Source: Bacteroidales bacterium
GTDB taxonomy: Bacteria > Bacteroidota > Bacteroidia > Bacteroidales > UBA1715
Direction: 5' to 3'
NCBI GenBank assembly: GCA_017642535.1
Contig: JAGCOW010000042.1
Location: forward strand, 777 to 64,776
Length of the DNA: 64,000 nt
In this document: positions 1-10,900 of the stretch, one piece after another
Position numbering within the stretch: position 1 is the first letter of the stretch
Layout: each line of letters opens with the position of its first letter
Program-made: the position numbers and the translations under genes
The notes under the pieces: model-generated
What the model saw: the letters and a program-made list of their open reading frames with translations, nothing else
What the model was told of the DNA's origin: nothing
Database searches by the model: none

Positions 1-775
1 TTTTCATTAAGATGTCGATGATAGTTGCTTGTGCCGATGCACAAATGTCATCAATGTTTTCCTCTATAAAATTCGGATTTTGTTTCACTTCTTTTTGTAA
101 AAAATAAAGAAGCGAAGTCTTGAATCCACTAAAACTATAATCTAAATCGGGAATCTGAGGTTTGCTGAATTGAAATGCCTTGGGATTTCCCAATTTTGCG
201 TGTCTATCAATGTGTGGACCGCCAGGATACGGTAATCCTAACACTTTCGCACTCTTGTCGAACGCTTCGCCTGCAGCGTCGTCAATAGTTGTTCCGATAA
301 TTTCCATATCGGTGAAACTCTTCACCACAATGATTTGCGAATGTCCGCCAGAAACCAATAAACACAAAAATGGAAATTGTGCTTGTTCCTTTCCAACCGT
401 TTCGGGGGTAACAAGAAAGTTTGCTAAAACGTGGCCATGTAAATGATTGACCTCTATTAATTTACAATTCTTTGCCAGTGCAAATGCTTTCGCAAAGGAA
501 CTTCCCACCAAAAGAGAACCGAGTAATCCCGGACCTCGTGTAAACCCTACTGCATCAATGTCATCGACGGAAACTCCCGCTTGTTTCAAAGCGTCGTCAA
601 CCACAGGAATGATGTTTTGTTGGTGCGAACGTGACGCCAATTCTGGCACAACGCCACCATATCGTTCGTGAACTTTTTGACTTGCAATGGTGTTGGAAAG
701 CAATACCCCATCACGTAGGACGGCAGCCGATGTATCGTCGCATGAAGATTCTATGGCAAGAATAGTTGTACTCAT
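1..775 (-). CDS. tsaD: tRNA N6-adenosine threonylcarbamoyltransferase TsaD (Kae1/Qri7 family); 3' end runs off the window
   Basis: Reverse-strand translation from the ATG at 775-773 reads MSTTILAIESSCDDTSAAVLRDG..VVPELASRSHQQNI..GFTRGPGLLGSLLVG..NHLHGHV..LVSGGHSQ..DDAAGEAFDK, the canonical TsaD motifs. There is no stop before position 1, so it is absent from the ORF track. The + ORFs 180-446 and 447-671 are its antisense shadows. Confidence 0.93.
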   Translation of the reverse strand, partial: MSTTILAIESSCDDTSAAVLRDGVLLSNTIASQKVHERYGGVVPELASRSHQQNIIPVVDDALKQAGVSVDDIDAVGFTRGPGLLGSLLVGSSFAKAFALAKNCKLIEVNHLHGHVLANFLVTPETVGKEQAQFPFLCLLVSGGHSQIIVVKSFTDMEIIGTTIDDAAGEAFDKSAKVLGLPYPGGPHIDRHAKLGNPKAFQFSKPQIPDLDYSFSGFKTSLLYFLQKEVKQNPNFIEENIDDICASAQATIIDILMK

Positions 776-813
776 ATTTTTTATTTTCGGTTGATACCTA
801 CCGACTTATGTTC

Positions 814-821
814 TATATTTG
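814..821 (+). promoter_or_regulatory. Bacteroides-type -7 promoter box (TAnnTTTG) for the TamB-like gene
   Basis: TATATTTG lies 30 nt upstream of ATG 851, in the divergent spacer between tsaD and the TamB-like gene. Confidence 0.4.
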
Positions 822-850
822 CACGCAAAAATACGCTTATTTCGTTGAGA

Positions 851-3800
851 ATGCTAAAACGTATCGCAAAAATATTCGCATGGATTTTGGGTTCCCTTGT
901 GGGCATCGTGCTCTTGGCGTATGTGTTGTTGCAGATTCCAGCCGTTCAAAAAAAATTGACCGACATCGTTTCCGAAAAAGTCGGCTCGCTCATCGGCATG
1001 CATATAGAAATTGGTCATGTTGTTCCTATTCCGTGGGACGGATTGGTGCTGAAAGATGTTATAATGACAAATTCTCAAAACGATACCGTTTTTCAGTCAG
1101 CAAGCGTAAAGGCAGTTCTTGACAAGATGCAGTTGGACTCGTCGTTTCTTTCCATTAAAGAGATTGCCTTGTCAAAACCAATGATTTGTGTAGAAAAGGA
1201 TAGTTTGGGAAACCTCAATATAGCATCGCTGTTGGACGCCTTGAGTTCATCCGACACATCATCGAAGTTTCATTTGCAAATACACGAAATTTCTGTTCGG
1301 GATGCCAATGTGCATTATCGCGATTTTACCGAGGAACAGAATGCTGAATATGGCGTAAATTTTAGTAATGTCGCGCTGTCAAAACTGTTTATCCAAGCTC
1401 ACGATTTTTCTATGTACGACGGAAATTATGCTCTTGCCATCGATAACTTTTCGTGCGAGGAGCAGTCGGGTTTGAAAATACAGTATCTGCACACGTTGGC
1501 AACAGTAAGTGATACGTTGATTCGTTGTGAAGATTTGTCAATATACACGCCACAAACAAAGCTTTCGGCACAGCATTTCGCCATGAAATATGCCGATTTT
1601 TCGGATTTTTCGGATTTTTGCGAGAAAGTACATTTGTCGGCGAATTTGCATCGGTCAAACGTTACGCTTCACGATATTTCTTATTTTGCTTCTTCGCTGA
1701 AGGAATTCCCGTATTCGTGTACTGTTGAAGGAGAGATGGAAGGAACGATTTCGGATTTTTCAATTGAAAATCTCCATATTGGCTACGGGAGAAGCTCACA
1801 ATTTGTAGGTTCTATCGCGGCAAAAGGATTGCCAAATGTGGAAGAAACAAATTTTGTCGTCAATGCCAAACAACTCAAAACCAATCAATATGACATAGAG
1901 CATACGCAAATTCCGCCATTTGACGAGGAACAGTTCATTTCGCTCCCAAGCACGTTGCAAAAACTTACCTTTTTTAATTATGTAGGAACTATTAAAGGTG
2001 TTTGGAATGATTTGACAACCAAAGGTGTTTTGACGACGAATGCAGGAAAAATAAGCACCGACGCACGTTTGACACAGAAAAAGACGAGCGTTTGCACGGG
2101 AAAAATTGCGTTTGATGACTTTGATTTGTCAACGTGCTTGGCGACAACAATTTTGGGGAAAACTACAGGGAATTTAGATGTTGACGCGTCGTTTAACTCC
2201 GATTCTTTGATAAAAGCACAAATTGTTGGTACGATTGACAAGTTGGAATGTAATGATTATGAGTATTCTGGAGTGAATATTGATGGGAAATTGTCGGCAC
2301 GAAAATTTATGGGGAAATTTGACATTGACGACCCCAATCTCAAAATGCGATTTGGCGGTCTTGTTGATATGGCAAAGGATATTCCAGATTTTCGTTTCAT
2401 ATCGAAAGTTGACAAGGCAAATCTTGATAAGTTGAATCTTTTTAACGATAGTCTTGCAAGTGTCGCCTTTCGTCTCAGCGTTGACTTTCAAGGTACGGAG
2501 TTGGATGATATGAGTGGAGACGTTTCCATTCGTGATTTTCAGTTTTCCAATGCAAAAGGTAAAATTGCGACAAAAAATATTGCACTGAATGTGGAACACG
2601 AAAACAAGAGGACTATTCGGCTCCATTCTGCTTTTGTAGATGCTTCGGTGGAAGGAGAAGGGAAATATACGGATCTGACATACAGCGTGTTGGCATTGCT
2701 CAAAAAACATTTGGATTTTCTACCTGCTGTTACTGAGAAATATACTCAATCCGAGGATTTTGCCGCAGAAGTGGAGATAAAACAAATGGATACGATTTTC
2801 TCAATTCTTCAGTCGAATGTGCGAATTGCGGAGCATACGACGATACAAGCCCAATATATTCAGTCGGATAATGCGTGCAATGTGAAAATTAGTTCTCCGA
2901 AACTCTCATACAATACTATGGAAGTGCAGAAGTGCAAAATGGACTGCTCGCTGACGAATGAAAAAATTTCCTTCGACGCTCTTGCCTATATTGCTGATTC
3001 TCTCAACAGAACGTCTGCCGACAATTCGTTGAAACTGAATGGATTTGTAAAAAAAGGAGATGTTTCTGCGGAACTTATATGGGCGTATCGTGACGCAATA
3101 AAAACAACGGGAACTATTGCTTTTGACGGCACAATGATTTCGCATGGCGAACAGAGAATGCCAAAGTTGAATCTGGCTCTTCGCCCCACGATCATACAAG
3201 TTGAGGATTCCGTGTGGAACGTGGCACCTGCAAGCATTGTCGTTGATTCGTCCTCAATTTCCATTGTAAATTTTTGTTTGTCGAAGGATGCGAAAAAAAT
3301 TTCCGTTGACGGCGTGGTTTCGCAAAATCCCAATGATGTGGTAGTGGTGAATGTGGAGAATTATGATTTGAGTGAGATAAATCCTCTCATTAACAATCCT
3401 CGAATTCGTATGGCTGGACCGTTGCAAGGTCGTGTGCGACTGAAAAACTTATATGCCACACCGCTTGTGTTTGCCGATGTGCAATCGTCTGCCATTTCAT
3501 TTAATGACAATTTGTTAGGCGAAATGCGTATTCGTAGTTTCTGGGAAAATCGTGCAAAGGCGTTGTTGATGAAAATGTATATCCGAAAAGATGGTACGCC
3601 GAACTTTGCCGTAGAAGGGAAATATGTTCCACAAAACGATTCGGTTCATTTTGACGTAAGTCTGACCGATTTCAAGATGGAAACATTTTCGGAAATTTTG
3701 CAAGGAACGGTTGACAATATCGCTGGAATGGCAAATGGCGACGTCGATATTGACGGAACGCTCTCAAATCTGACGTATTCGGGCGAGATTGAAATTTCTA

Positions 3801-5212
3801 ATGGTTCCATGTTGGTGAACTTCACCAATGTTCCTTACACATTTTCGGGAAAATTAAAGGCACGGAAAACACGCTTTTTCTTTTCTGATTTCTCTATTGC
3901 CGATGCGATGCAAAACACGGGAACAATCCGTGGCTTTCTTGATGTGAAGGAGATCACGAATCCTCATTATCTTTTTGACATTCAAACGCCTAAAATGCTT
4001 GTGATGAAAACCACGGCAAAAGAGAACGACTATTTTTATGGTACTATTTATTATAATGGTACGGCAAAAATTGAGGGCGACTTGAATGAGACAGATATTT
4101 CTGGTAATGGAACGACGTTGGAAAACACCATTTGCAGTATTCCTGTAAGTTATTCGGAGTTGTCGGGTTCATACGATTTCTTGTTTTTCTCAACGGATTC
4201 GCTTACGGTGCAAACCTACGAGAAAGTAAAATCGTCGTCGGGATTGACGTTGAATCTTACGTTGAACGTGACCCCCGATGCTCAGGCACAGATAATTTTT
4301 GACCCCAAGGTCGGCGATATAATAAAAGCACGAGGAGCGGGAAATCTTCAAGTGAAGATGGATAAAGGCGGTGATTTGCAGATGTATGGAAAATATCAGA
4401 TTGAAGAAGGAGATTATCTTTTTACACTTAAAAATTTGATAAACAAGAAGTTGATACTGCAGAAAGGAGGAACGATTGCTTGGAATGGCGATCCTTTGAA
4501 CGCACAGGTTGATTTGTCGGCAAATTATGAAACAAAGGCGTCGCCACAACCGTTGTTCGACAGTACGGTAAATGCCACGAAAAGAATTCCAGTAACGTGT
4601 CAGGCACATTTGAAGAATAATTTGTTGTCGCCCGATATTTCATACGACATATTGGTCCCGTCGTCGGCGACGCAAGTTTCGGAAGTGTTGTCAACATTGA
4701 GTGAAGATGAGAAGACATTGCAATTTTTCTCGCTTATGTTGCATAGTGCTTTTATGGCTGTCAATTCGGGTTCGGGAGTAGGAAGTTCCGTGTCGTTCGA
4801 GGTGTTGAGCAATCAGTTTAACAATTTGTTGTCGCAGATTGATCCCGATATGGATGTGAGCGTGAATTACAGAATGGGAACCGACAATGTGACGAACAAT
4901 GAATTTGAATTTGGAATCTCCCGTCAGTTTTGGAACGATAGGATAATGGTGAATGTTAACGGTTATACCGATTTTGGAGGAACGGGCGAAACCGAGCAAT
5001 CGACTGACCAAAATCAAACAAATGATTTTTCGGGTAATGTGAGTGTTGAGATGAAACTCAATAAAAAAGGAACGTTCAAGGTGAAAGGTTTTTCAAGAAG
5101 CAATGAAGATGAATTGTCCGAAAAAAGGGAAAACACCAATGGTGTAGGGTTCTTTTTCACGAAAGATTTTAACACTGTAAAGGATTTATTTCGCAAAAAT
5201 CAGGAAGAATAA
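851..5212 (+). CDS. Translocation/assembly module TamB-like protein (AsmA-like/DUF490 family)
   Basis: The ORF is 791-5212. The preferred start is ATG 851 (MLKRIAKIFAWILGSLVGIVLLAYVLL), which gives a single N-terminal membrane anchor. About 1,450 aa of beta-rich sequence follow, with a DUF490-like C-terminus (..VNVNGYTDFGG..GNVSVEMKLNKKGTFKVKGFSRSN). Size and architecture are typical of Bacteroidota TamB. Confidence 0.75.
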   Translation: MLKRIAKIFAWILGSLVGIVLLAYVLLQIPAVQKKLTDIVSEKVGSLIGMHIEIGHVVPIPWDGLVLKDVIMTNSQNDTVFQSASVKAVLDKMQLDSSFLSIKEIALSKPMICVEKDSLGNLNIASLLDALSSSDTSSKFHLQIHEISVRDANVHYRDFTEEQNAEYGVNFSNVALSKLFIQAHDFSMYDGNYALAIDNFSCEEQSGLKIQYLHTLATVSDTLIRCEDLSIYTPQTKLSAQHFAMKYADFSDFSDFCEKVHLSANLHRSNVTLHDISYFASSLKEFPYSCTVEGEMEGTISDFSIENLHIGYGRSSQFVGSIAAKGLPNVEETNFVVNAKQLKTNQYDIEHTQIPPFDEEQFISLPSTLQKLTFFNYVGTIKGVWNDLTTKGVLTTNAGKISTDARLTQKKTSVCTGKIAFDDFDLSTCLATTILGKTTGNLDVDASFNSDSLIKAQIVGTIDKLECNDYEYSGVNIDGKLSARKFMGKFDIDDPNLKMRFGGLVDMAKDIPDFRFISKVDKANLDKLNLFNDSLASVAFRLSVDFQGTELDDMSGDVSIRDFQFSNAKGKIATKNIALNVEHENKRTIRLHSAFVDASVEGEGKYTDLTYSVLALLKKHLDFLPAVTEKYTQSEDFAAEVEIKQMDTIFSILQSNVRIAEHTTIQAQYIQSDNACNVKISSPKLSYNTMEVQKCKMDCSLTNEKISFDALAYIADSLNRTSADNSLKLNGFVKKGDVSAELIWAYRDAIKTTGTIAFDGTMISHGEQRMPKLNLALRPTIIQVEDSVWNVAPASIVVDSSSISIVNFCLSKDAKKISVDGVVSQNPNDVVVVNVENYDLSEINPLINNPRIRMAGPLQGRVRLKNLYATPLVFADVQSSAISFNDNLLGEMRIRSFWENRAKALLMKMYIRKDGTPNFAVEGKYVPQNDSVHFDVSLTDFKMETFSEILQGTVDNIAGMANGDVDIDGTLSNLTYSGEIEISNGSMLVNFTNVPYTFSGKLKARKTRFFFSDFSIADAMQNTGTIRGFLDVKEITNPHYLFDIQTPKMLVMKTTAKENDYFYGTIYYNGTAKIEGDLNETDISGNGTTLENTICSIPVSYSELSGSYDFLFFSTDSLTVQTYEKVKSSSGLTLNLTLNVTPDAQAQIIFDPKVGDIIKARGAGNLQVKMDKGGDLQMYGKYQIEEGDYLFTLKNLINKKLILQKGGTIAWNGDPLNAQVDLSANYETKASPQPLFDSTVNATKRIPVTCQAHLKNNLLSPDISYDILVPSSATQVSEVLSTLSEDEKTLQFFSLMLHSAFMAVNSGSGVGSSVSFEVLSNQFNNLLSQIDPDMDVSVNYRMGTDNVTNNEFEFGISRQFWNDRIMVNVNGYTDFGGTGETEQSTDQNQTNDFSGNVSVEMKLNKKGTFKVKGFSRSNEDELSEKRENTNGVGFFFTKDFNTVKDLFRKNQEE

Positions 5213-5267
5213 TCTGCGAAAAATCAAAAAATATCATAAATATGCTTGTTGTCTAAAAAAACATTTC

Positions 5268-5275
5268 TATTTTTG
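5268..5275 (+). promoter_or_regulatory. -7 promoter box TAnnTTTG
   Basis: TATTTTTG lies 52 nt upstream of ATG 5328. Confidence 0.35.
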
Positions 5276-5327
5276 TTTGTTGAAAAATCCTATAAGGAAA
5301 CATATTGTTAAATTCAAATTTAAGAAA

Positions 5328-7019
5328 ATGAAGAAAAAATCTATTTTTCAAATTGTTCTTGGCTCAGCAGTCCTATTGGCGATAGGTTGTAGTAGTCCAA
5401 ACAAAATGTTAAAAAATGCTGCTACGGTACGTTACAATGTTACTCCAGATCCACTAGAAATGAAAGGTGACAGTGTTGATGTATCTGTTACGGTAATGTA
5501 TCCTGCAAAATATTTCAACAAAAATGCTGTGTTGGAGTTGACTCCAGTGTTGAAAGGCGATGGTGCTTCTGCTGCTTACAAACCTGCAACGTTACAAGGC
5601 GAGAAAGTACAAGGCAATGGCGCTGTGATTTCTAGTGCAGGTGGCACATATACTTACACAGGGAAAGTTGCTTACGAAGATGCTTTGTTGGCTTCTGATT
5701 TGATGGTAAACAGCAAAGTAACAGTAAAGAAAAAATCAGTTGATTTGCCAGCTGTGAAAATTGCAGAAGGTGTTATCGCAACTGCTGCTTTGTTGCAAGA
5801 CGATGCTCTTCCAATCGTTTCTGAAAACCAATTCAAACGTTCGGAAGTATTGACTTCGGAATCTGAAATCGTATTCCAAATCAACAATGCTTCAGTTCAA
5901 TCAAAAGAACTTTCAAAACAAGGCATCAAGGATATGAAGACATTCGCTAAGAATGCAACAGCTGATACTACAATGTCGTTGAAGGGCGTTTCTATTATCG
6001 GTTATGCTTCTCCTGATGGACCAGAAGATGGCAACGAAAGTTTGGCAAAGAATCGTCAAGCTGCTGCTGAAAAAGCATTGAAGGGTTCTATCAAAGCTGA
6101 ATATGAAGCTAACTACACTGCAGAAGACTGGGATGGTTTCCGTCAATTGATGGAATCTTCTTCTATCGGTGATAAAGATGCTATCTTGAACATCCTTTCT
6201 CAATATTCAGATCCTGTTGTTCGTGAGGCAGAAATTAAGAAGATGGGTGTTGTTTACAAAGAAATCGCTAACAGCATTCTTCCTCAATTGCGTCGTTCAA
6301 AAATCGTTGTAAGTGCTGAAAAAGTTGGAAAATCTGACGATGTTCTTTTGTCGGCTGGTTTGGGTAAATCTGATGTAAAACTTACAGAAGATGAATACTT
6401 GTTCGCTGCAACTATCGCTGAAAATGCTGACGATGCAGAAAAAATCTTGAAAAACGGTACTACTGCATATTCAGATTCTTGGAAAATCGTTAACAATTTG
6501 GGTTGTGTACAATTAGAAGCAAACAAATTTGAAGATGCCCAAGCTTCTTTCGCTCGTGCTGATGAACTTTCGGAAGGCGACAAGGCAGTTAAGAACAACT
6601 TGGGTGCTTTGGCTGTAAAACAAGGCGATTTGGCTAAAGGTTACGAATATTTCGAAGTTGCACAAGGTGCTGGTTCTGAAGTTAAATACAACATGGGTAC
6701 TGTAAAAGTAAAAGAAGGCGACTACCCAACTGCTGTTGAAATGTTCGGTAGCAACAAGACTTTCAACGCTGCTCTTGCTAAATTGTTGGCTGGCGATGTT
6801 GACGGCGCTCTAAGCACTGTTAACGATGTTGAAAATCCAGATGCTTCTTGCGACTACTTGAAAGCTGTTATCGGTGCAAGACAGAAAAATATCGATATGA
6901 TTGTAACTAACTTGAAATCTGCTATCGACAAAGATTCTTCTTTCCGTGACAGAGCTAAGAAAGATTTGGAATTTCGCGATTTTGCAGAAGATTCAAACTT
7001 TGAAGCAGTTGTAAAATAG
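5328..7019 (+). CDS. Lipoprotein with an OmpA-like segment and C-terminal TPR-like repeats
   Basis: ATG 5328 gives a lipoprotein signal, MKKKSIFQIVLGSAVLLAIGCSS. GYASPDGPEDGNESLAKNRQAAAEKAL resembles the OmpA_C-type motif. The C-terminal third has TPR-like helical repeats (NNLGCVQLEANKFEDAQASFARA.., NNLGALAVKQGDLAKGYEYFEVA..). Confidence 0.55.
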   Translation: MKKKSIFQIVLGSAVLLAIGCSSPNKMLKNAATVRYNVTPDPLEMKGDSVDVSVTVMYPAKYFNKNAVLELTPVLKGDGASAAYKPATLQGEKVQGNGAVISSAGGTYTYTGKVAYEDALLASDLMVNSKVTVKKKSVDLPAVKIAEGVIATAALLQDDALPIVSENQFKRSEVLTSESEIVFQINNASVQSKELSKQGIKDMKTFAKNATADTTMSLKGVSIIGYASPDGPEDGNESLAKNRQAAAEKALKGSIKAEYEANYTAEDWDGFRQLMESSSIGDKDAILNILSQYSDPVVREAEIKKMGVVYKEIANSILPQLRRSKIVVSAEKVGKSDDVLLSAGLGKSDVKLTEDEYLFAATIAENADDAEKILKNGTTAYSDSWKIVNNLGCVQLEANKFEDAQASFARADELSEGDKAVKNNLGALAVKQGDLAKGYEYFEVAQGAGSEVKYNMGTVKVKEGDYPTAVEMFGSNKTFNAALAKLLAGDVDGALSTVNDVENPDASCDYLKAVIGARQKNIDMIVTNLKSAIDKDSSFRDRAKKDLEFRDFAEDSNFEAVVK

Positions 7020-7040
7020 TTTTCTTAAATTGATATAAAG

Positions 7041-7075
7041 AAAGGGAATCGACTTTGGTTGATTCCCTTTTTTGT
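7041..7075. terminator. Bidirectional intrinsic terminator between convergent genes
   Basis: AAAGGGAATC (7041-7050) is the perfect reverse complement of GATTCCCTTT (7061-7070). It is followed by a T run on + and preceded by an A run, so it could terminate both strands. Confidence 0.7.
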
Positions 7076-7089
7076 TACAATAAAAAAGG

Positions 7090-7692
7090 TTAGTTTTGAA
7101 CGTGAAAAAGCGAAACAAGCAACTTGTAAGCTTCTGCTTTTTGGGCCAATGCCAATGGATATGCTCGCGACGATGAAGGCATACGGTAGAAAGCATATTC
7201 TTGCGAATTGATTTGAATTCTCTCGCACGTTCCCACCTTGGGTTTCGCGCATTGATAGGTGGAAACCAACACGTCGGTTGCTTTCTCTCCCGTTGTGACT
7301 ATCGCACGACAGTCAGGAATCTGCGAAAGCAGTGCTTCTATGTTGGTAGGTTGCACCACTTCCAAGAATTTGTCGGAAGCATTTTCTTGCAACCGTCGAA
7401 CTGCCGATGCCGTGTCGTAAAAAGCAAGTCCGTGTGTGTTGCAGAAGTCAATGATCTTTTGATAGTCAAATTTCTTCTCTTTTAGCAAGACAAAATGGTT
7501 TGGGTCATTGAAAAAAATCAAACCCCAAATTCGCCACATGTCGTTTTGAATGTTCGGGTAGAAAAACTCCATAGACCATCGTTTTCGAGGAGGGGGAAAA
7601 CTTCCGAGAAACAACACGGTGGCGTTCTTCGGCAAATATGGTTGTAATGGATGTCGTTCTATGGAATTCATTGTCATATCGTTTCGAAACAA
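7090..7692 (-). CDS. Uracil-DNA glycosylase superfamily protein (family 6 / deoxyinosine glycosylase-like)
   Basis: LPKNATVLFLGSFPPPRKRWSMEFFYPNIQNDMWRIWG matches the GSFPS..S....FYY..P.N.FW pattern of the UDG family 6 type. The protein is 200 aa. Confidence 0.65.
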   Translation of the reverse strand: MFRNDMTMNSIERHPLQPYLPKNATVLFLGSFPPPRKRWSMEFFYPNIQNDMWRIWGLIFFNDPNHFVLLKEKKFDYQKIIDFCNTHGLAFYDTASAVRRLQENASDKFLEVVQPTNIEALLSQIPDCRAIVTTGEKATDVLVSTYQCAKPKVGTCERIQINSQEYAFYRMPSSSRAYPLALAQKAEAYKLLVSLFHVQN

Positions 7693-7739
7693 ATATACGT
7701 TTCTTTTTGTTATTCACAATGTGCATTGTTTTTGTACAT

Positions 7740-7770
7740 TGTAGGAATGTCACATTGTGGCATCCGTATA
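7740..7770. repeat. Degenerate copy of the REP-like palindromic element (GTCACATTGTGGC core)
   Basis: TGTAGGAATGTCACATTGTGGCATCCGTATA. The inner stem ATGTCAC/GTGGCAT has an ATT loop and shares a 13-nt core with copies at 16418-16430 and 58838-58850. It lies in a divergent promoter region, not downstream of any gene. Confidence 0.5.
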
Positions 7771-7908
7771 ACAATAATCCGTGATAATTCTTAATTAAAA
7801 TTGTAGGGTTTTATAAAAAATAATTGTCTTATTTAAGAAACCTTTTTGTATTTTTCTGTGTCTTTTATTTGAAAAATACTATCTTTACAAACTTATAATT
7901 TGGAAGGT

Positions 7909-10900
7909 ATGAAGTCTTTAAAAACATTTCTAATTAGGGTAGTGCTCACATTGGGTATTCTATTCCCTATGATAGCCACGGCGGCTGCTCCGACGTGGAC
8001 TCGCACGAATTATACAAGTTCAACCGCATTCATCGGTATTGTGAAAATCAACGATTACAATCCTTCGTTCCCAATTACGGTAGAAGAAGGCGATTATATC
8101 GGTGCGTTTGTCGGTGAAGAATGTAGAATGATTGCGAAGGTTTTTGCATACGATGGCAAATTATACGTTTCGTCGGTGATTCAAGGCGGCGATATATCCG
8201 ATATGACTGGCTCGACGAGCGAACCCGAAGAAGTTGAATTTAAGGTTTGGGATAATTCGGCAAATAAACTGGTTTCTGCACAAGTTTATGGAACTTTGTT
8301 TACCGAATCAGCTGGTGAAATCTTCGATTATGAGATTGGAAAACCAAATACCGATAGCAAACTTGAATCGTTGTCGGTTACAGATTACACTTTAGACCCT
8401 ACCTTCTCTGCTTCAACAACTGAATATCAAATTTCGGTCCCTTACGGAACTGCATTGCCAGCAAGTTCTGCATATACTGCCGTTGTCGCTGATTCTCGTG
8501 CAAATGCAACAGTTGTTGCTGCAACGGAATTTGGTTCCGATAATAAGGCAACAACAACAATTACCGTAACGGCTGAAGATAACACAACGACAGTTTATAC
8601 TATTACATTCGTTCAAGAAGCTTGTACTGCTACGGCTCCTACTTCTTCTGAAGTTAGGGATGTCGCTTATTGTCAGGGAAATAGTAATATAATGCTTGAC
8701 GCATTGTTCGGCAATAAGTCGCATAAAGCTGTTTGGTATAATGTTCAAACTGATGGAACACCATTGTTCACTGGAAATTCTTTCAAACCGGGAGTATCTG
8801 ATCCAGGTCAATATACATACTATGTAGCAAGAAACGACGGAACATGTGAGAGTACAGAGCGAACAAAAGTTACGTTGCAGATTGATGAAAAACCATATCC
8901 TATGATTGTTGGATTGGACGACGAATATTGTGCCAATGCAGCTGCTGTTACATTGGGAGTTGAGCAATCGTATGTTGCTATCACATTTACAGTAAATGAC
9001 GCAAGTGCAACAACGTTTGACCCTGCTTCGGCGAAAGTTGGTGAAAATACAATTGCTTGTCAAGTGACAGATATAAAAGGTTGTAGCGGTAGCACATCAC
9101 AAACCGTAACGGTAAAAGCACTTCCGTCAATTGATTTTTCTTCTACTCCAAAAACTGTTTGCGTTGGAGAAACGATAAACTTGACGCCGACAAAAGGTAC
9201 GTGGTCGGGAAGTGGCGTTTCGGGAACAACTTTCTCTTCGGAAACTGCAGGTTCTGTAACATTGACGTATGAGGAATTAGCAAATGGCTGTTCTGCAAGC
9301 GACAATGTTACAATTACGGTAAATAAGGCGACTGCACCGACAGTACAATCCGCTTCGGTTGAAATGAATGCCGCTGTTCCGGCATTGACGGCAACTGCCG
9401 ACGGAACTATAAATTGGTATGAAACAGAAAACGGTGCTGTAAAGGGAACAGGTACTTCATATACTCCTTCGGTTTCAACAGCTGAAGAAAACGTCTTCAC
9501 GTTCTATGCAAGCAATACCGTTGCTGGATGCGAAAGCGAGAAAGTCCCAGTAACATTGTCGGTAACGTCTTGTACGACCGAAGCACCTGCCATTGCGTCA
9601 GTCGATGCAATTTGTGAAGGAGATGCTTTCCCAACGTTGACAGCGACTGGTACAAATATCACTTGGTATTCTGCTGTGACAGGTGGAAGCTCGTTGGAAA
9701 CAGGAGCAACATACACGCCAACTGCGGCTGGTACGTATTACGCTTCTCAAAATCCTGGTTGCGAAGGTCCACGTGCTTCGGTAACGGTTGAGGTGAAAAC
9801 GAAACCGACCACGCCATCGGTTGCCGATGTTAGTTCGTGTGGTGGCAGTAGTTTTGCTGCAATGACGGCAAATGTGGCCGCAAACTGGTACACCGATAAG
9901 AATGCAAATGCCGTTGCAGAAAATGTAACTTCTTATACTCCGACCTCATTGTCGGCAACAACGAAATTCTATGTTAAACAAGTTGTTGATGGTTGTTCTT
10001 CCGATTTCGCAGAAGCAACTTACACACTTGTGGCAACTCCCGATAAGCCAAAGGTTGACGCAACAACGGCTTGCTTTGGTTCTACGGCTAATTACATTGT
10101 AAGAATGTCGGGTAATTTGGAGGCAAATGCCACATTGCAATGGTATGATGAGAATGGTACAGAAAAAGGTACGGCAAAAATTCAGGATGTTGCAGTAACG
10201 AATGCTGGTACATATACGTACACTGCCGTTCAAAAAGTTGGCGACTGTGCTTCGGCACCTGCTTCGGCTACATTGACGGTGTATGCGTTACCAGAACCAA
10301 CAATTAATGTAAATGCTTCATTCTGTTCTGATGACGAGACTGAAGTAGAATTGATAGCAGATCCTGAAGGTGGCGACTTTATGGTTGATGGTATAATAGC
10401 TTCATCGTTCGTGCCGAAAGAATTGGGCGCAGGAGAACATACTATCTTATATTCTTACGAAGATGAGCATCATTGTTATGGAGAGCCATCTAAAAAGATT
10501 TCGGTTGACGATTGTGCGGCTCCTGCTGTGGAAACAATCATATTGGAACAAGCAAGTCTTTCATTATTGAAAGGGGAGCAAGCAAATGCCATCGACGTTA
10601 CGATTACTCCTCCCGAATCTCCGCAAACAGTGACTTGGTCGTCATCTGATCCAAGTGTGGCGACGGTTGATGCAGATGGAAATATCACCGCGGTAGGAAA
10701 GGGAACTGCTATAATTACTGCAACATCGACATATACTCCGACAAAATCTGCTTCGTGTGAAGTTACTGTTATTTCGCCAGTTGAATCAGTCGCATTCAAC
10801 AATCCGTCGGATATAACTGTTGCTGAAAATGGTTCAGTTTCGTTGTCTCAATACTTGGTGGTAAATCCTGACGACGCTTCGGTAAAAACGATAGAATGGA

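Noticed and set aside
180-671. Two + strand ORFs (180-446 and 447-671) at the window start.
   Set aside because: They are antisense to the tsaD coding sequence, whose reverse-strand translation shows unambiguous family motifs. The track misses tsaD only because it runs off the window edge.
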